64,000 bases of DNA from an uncultured Gemmatimonadales bacterium (GTDB lineage Bacteria; Gemmatimonadota; Gemmatimonadetes; Gemmatimonadales; GWC2-71-9). Positions 61,543 through 64,000 of the stretch are shown in pieces. The notes beneath the pieces were generated by a model. It made no database searches. It worked only from the letters and a program-made list of their open reading frames with translations, and was not told the origin of the DNA. A program made the position numbers and the translations under genes. Location of the stretch: assembly GCA_963751925.1 (NCBI GenBank), contig CAVVWJ010000001.1, forward strand, positions 452,497-516,496. Reading direction: 5' to 3'. The first letter of the stretch is position 1. Each line of letters begins with the position of its first letter.

Positions 61543-63375
61543 TCAGGCCTCCGCGATGACTGGGGCTTCCTCAATTCGGAATTGCAGGTCATACAGCCTC
61601 CGATAGAGCCCGCCTGCTCGAAGCAGCTCGGCATGACTCCCTCGTTGCACCACCCGGCCCGCATCGAGCACCACGATCTCATCGGCGTCCCGCACCGTCG
61701 CCAGCCGATGGGCGATCACGAGCACCGTCCGATGGTGCATCAGCCGGTCGATTGCCTGCTGGACCAGCCGTTCAGACTCAGTGTCCAGGGCACTGGTTGC
61801 TTCGTCCAGGATGAGGATCGGCGGATCGCGGAGGAGTGCTCTCGCGATAGCGATGCGCTGACGCTGCCCGCCTGAGAGGCGAGTGCCCCGCTCGCCCAGC
61901 ATAGTGTCGTAGCCCAACGAGAGGCCGCTGATGAAGCCGCCGGCATTGGCGGCAGCAGCAGCGGCTTCAACTTGTTGCAGGGTGGCGTTAGGTGAGCCGT
62001 ACGCAATGTTCCTCCGGACCGTGTCGTTGAGCAGGACCGTGTCCTGACTCACCACACCCATCAATCCCCTCAAGGAGCGCCGCGTGAGGCGGGTGAGGGG
62101 CACACCATCCATCAGGATGCGTCCGCCGGTTGGGTCGTGAAACCGTGGGAGGAGATCGGCCAACGTGGTCTTCCCTGCACCAGATGGGCCGACCAGCGCC
62201 ACGACTCGACCTTTGGGCAGCGTGAAAGACACATCGGCCAGGACCGGTTCATCGTCACCATAGCGAAATGTGACGCGGTCGAACACGATCTCTCGCTCGA
62301 AACGGGCAGGCTCCTCGCCCGGACGGTCGATCTCGGCCACCGGTTGATCCAGCAGCTCGAACACCCGCTCCGCGCTGGCCAGTGCCACAGCCATTACCGC
62401 CGGGAAGGACGCAATCGTTTTCAACGGCGACGTGAGCTTGAGCGCTGCCATGAGAAAGACGATGATCGCCTCGGGTGCGAGCGGAGCGCCGAGTCCGACT
62501 AACCCAGGCGTGGTGCCGGCCCAGATGATCAGAATGACGAGAAATCCAGAGAACACCTCGGTGAGCGGGCTGGTCAGTGAAGAGAAGCGCTGGGTTCGCA
62601 CGACGCGCTTCCGATAGCGTTCGGCCTGGGCCGAAAAGTGCGCCGCTTCCCGGTCCTCCTCGCCATATGCTCGAATGAGCCGCATGGCAGCAAGCCGCTC
62701 GGTAACAGTCGCGGTAATCTCTCCCCGCTCTTGGGCGCGAGCTCGCGCGTGACTCCGAAGTCGGCGCAACAACGCCTGGAGACCCACGACCAGGACCGGC
62801 ACGAAGGCCAGCGTCAGGAGCGTCAACCGGAGCGAGATCTGACTCAGAATGACGAGTGTAATGGCGACCACCACCAGGTTCTGAAAAAACGAGAGCAGCG
62901 CCGCCGTGATCACAGTCTTGGTCTGATCGACTTCGGTGATGATGGCTGAAATGAGCTGACCGGTGCGGGTCCGCTGAAAGAAACCGAGCTCGAGCGTCAG
63001 GAGGTGCGCAAACAGGCGGGAGCGCATGTCGCGAACCAGACCCTCCTGGGCTCGAACCGATATCTGGGTCGAGGCGTAGCTCAGCACATTCTTGAGCAGG
63101 AGGCCTAACGCAAGCAGGACCACCAATCGAGCGGCTGCCTGGCCAGGGGTTGTTCCTCTGACCAGTGGCTCGACCATCCGGTCCACCACTGCCTCGAGGC
63201 GGGTGGAGCCGGTGCGAAAACTGCCGGCGGTTCCGAAGAGATGCTTGAGCAGCGGTATGAGGATGACGACGGTGAAGCCGTCGAGCAGAGAGGCGAGGAA
63301 AGTGGTAACGAGTCCGAGGCCGAGGAGTCCTCGGTATGGCTTGACCTGCTTCAGCAGCCGGAGCTCGGTCCGCAC
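61543..63375 (-). CDS. ABC exporter, fused permease/ATPase, MsbA-like (lipid/glycolipid flippase type)
   Basis: 610 aa with six N-terminal transmembrane helices. Walker A GPSGAGKTT, signature LSGGQRQR, Walker B ILILDEATSALD. Confidence 0.88.
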   Translation of the reverse strand: MRTELRLLKQVKPYRGLLGLGLVTTFLASLLDGFTVVILIPLLKHLFGTAGSFRTGSTRLEAVVDRMVEPLVRGTTPGQAAARLVVLLALGLLLKNVLSYASTQISVRAQEGLVRDMRSRLFAHLLTLELGFFQRTRTGQLISAIITEVDQTKTVITAALLSFFQNLVVVAITLVILSQISLRLTLLTLAFVPVLVVGLQALLRRLRSHARARAQERGEITATVTERLAAMRLIRAYGEEDREAAHFSAQAERYRKRVVRTQRFSSLTSPLTEVFSGFLVILIIWAGTTPGLVGLGAPLAPEAIIVFLMAALKLTSPLKTIASFPAVMAVALASAERVFELLDQPVAEIDRPGEEPARFEREIVFDRVTFRYGDDEPVLADVSFTLPKGRVVALVGPSGAGKTTLADLLPRFHDPTGGRILMDGVPLTRLTRRSLRGLMGVVSQDTVLLNDTVRRNIAYGSPNATLQQVEAAAAAANAGGFISGLSLGYDTMLGERGTRLSGGQRQRIAIARALLRDPPILILDEATSALDTESERLVQQAIDRLMHHRTVLVIAHRLATVRDADEIVVLDAGRVVQRGSHAELLRAGGLYRRLYDLQFRIEEAPVIAEA

Positions 63376-63376
63376 C

Positions 63377-64000
63377 TCAGCCCTGGCGTGGCGTGAGAAG
63401 GGCTATCGGGAGCAGAACTTCTTCGGGTGACACGCCGCCATGGAGGAAGGCGCCGCGATAGCGAGCCTGATACTCGCGCAGCTTCGTGGGGTACACGAAG
63501 AACCGATCACCGGTAGCCAGCAGCAGCCTGGTGCCGGCCGTTCTGGTTGGCAGCCCGAATGCAGCCAGATCATCCACCACCAGCGCCGCATCGGCATCCT
63601 GCGCCCGGAGATCGTCTCCGAATTTGTATCGCAGGTTGGCGGTGGTGTCCCGCTTGGCAAAGACGGTTGCCGGAGTGTGACAGTGAATCGAGCCGTGATC
63701 GGTGGTGAGAAGCACCGGCACGCCGCGCCGCTCAGCCTCGCGCAAAGCGTCCCAGAGTGGCGAACGCTCGAACCAGGTTCGAGTCAGATTTCTCAGCGCC
63801 GGCGTATCCCGGGCCACCTCGAACAGGGTCGAGTTCTCGGTCCGGCCGTGAGTGAGCTGGTCGATGAAGTTGAACACCAGAGCGGTGACGCCATCCTTTG
63901 CCAGGTGGGCCGGCAAGCGCTTGAGCAACCCCTCGCCGTCGGCGGCGGTGAACACCTTTTCGTAGTGCACCGGTACCGATCTGCCGGTCAGCTCCCGCAT
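63377..64000 (-). CDS. PglZ-domain (alkaline-phosphatase superfamily) protein, C-terminal part only, possibly a PorX-like response regulator; the gene runs off the window end
   Basis: LVFNFIDQLTHGR, VLLTTDHGSIH, FLHGGVSPEEVLLPI. The stop lies 1 nt before the start of the MsbA-like gene. Confidence 0.65.
   Translation of the reverse strand: MRELTGRSVPVHYEKVFTAADGEGLLKRLPAHLAKDGVTALVFNFIDQLTHGRTENSTLFEVARDTPALRNLTRTWFERSPLWDALREAERRGVPVLLTTDHGSIHCHTPATVFAKRDTTANLRYKFGDDLRAQDADAALVVDDLAAFGLPTRTAGTRLLLATGDRFFVYPTKLREYQARYRGAFLHGGVSPEEVLLPIALLTPRQG

Overview
This is a GC-rich (about 64%) chromosomal segment from a diderm bacterium. An Omp85/BamA-type barrel, an MsbA-like exporter, beta-barrel OMPs and PBP1A support that. 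The protein sequences suggest Gemmatimonadota or the wider FCB group, but I cannot verify this without a database search. I support about 55 protein-coding genes. I found no rRNA, tRNA, CRISPR array, transposase, integrase or prophage genes.

Layout:
- 1-14.3 kb: housekeeping genes (rho, ruvX, mltG, thiE, aroH, an rRNA methyltransferase, a CDF transporter, formate dehydrogenase alpha, tdh-kbl, an OMP).
- 14.3-20.8 kb, minus strand: mpg, a NYN-LOTUS protein, a histidine kinase, a sigma54-type response regulator, and a receiver protein with a degenerate GGDEF domain.
- 21.6-38.5 kb: a large surface-polysaccharide locus. It holds a priming sugar transferase, two GtrB/DPM1-like GT2s, a GlpD-like flavoprotein, a GT4, two Wzx-type flippases, two methyltransferases, an AsnB-like amidoligase without the Cys nucleophile, two SDR epimerase/dehydratases and two ATP-grasp ligases.
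- 38.6-43.6 kb: an NtrY/NtrX-like two-component pair, an atypical Omp85 protein and a DUF4390 protein.
- 43.6-55.7 kb: mixed housekeeping genes (HNH, CapK/F390-like ligase, argR, amidohydrolase, PBP1A, tyrS, HerA-like DUF853 ATPase, class V aminotransferase, a lone OppC-type permease, a patatin-ferredoxin fusion).
- 55.7-64 kb: a second glycosyltransferase island ending in an MsbA-like exporter and a truncated PglZ (PorX-like) gene.

The strongest finding is in the polysaccharide locus. The two ATP-grasp paralogues share a 509-bp stretch of perfect nucleotide identity as direct repeats 2,870 bp apart, bracketing a flippase gene, while their 5' halves are strongly diverged. Together with the other carboxylate-activating enzymes, the locus looks like an uncharacterised pathway for amide-decorated glycan, possibly with a recombination-prone core.

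All functional calls rest on motif recognition by eye. No searches were run.
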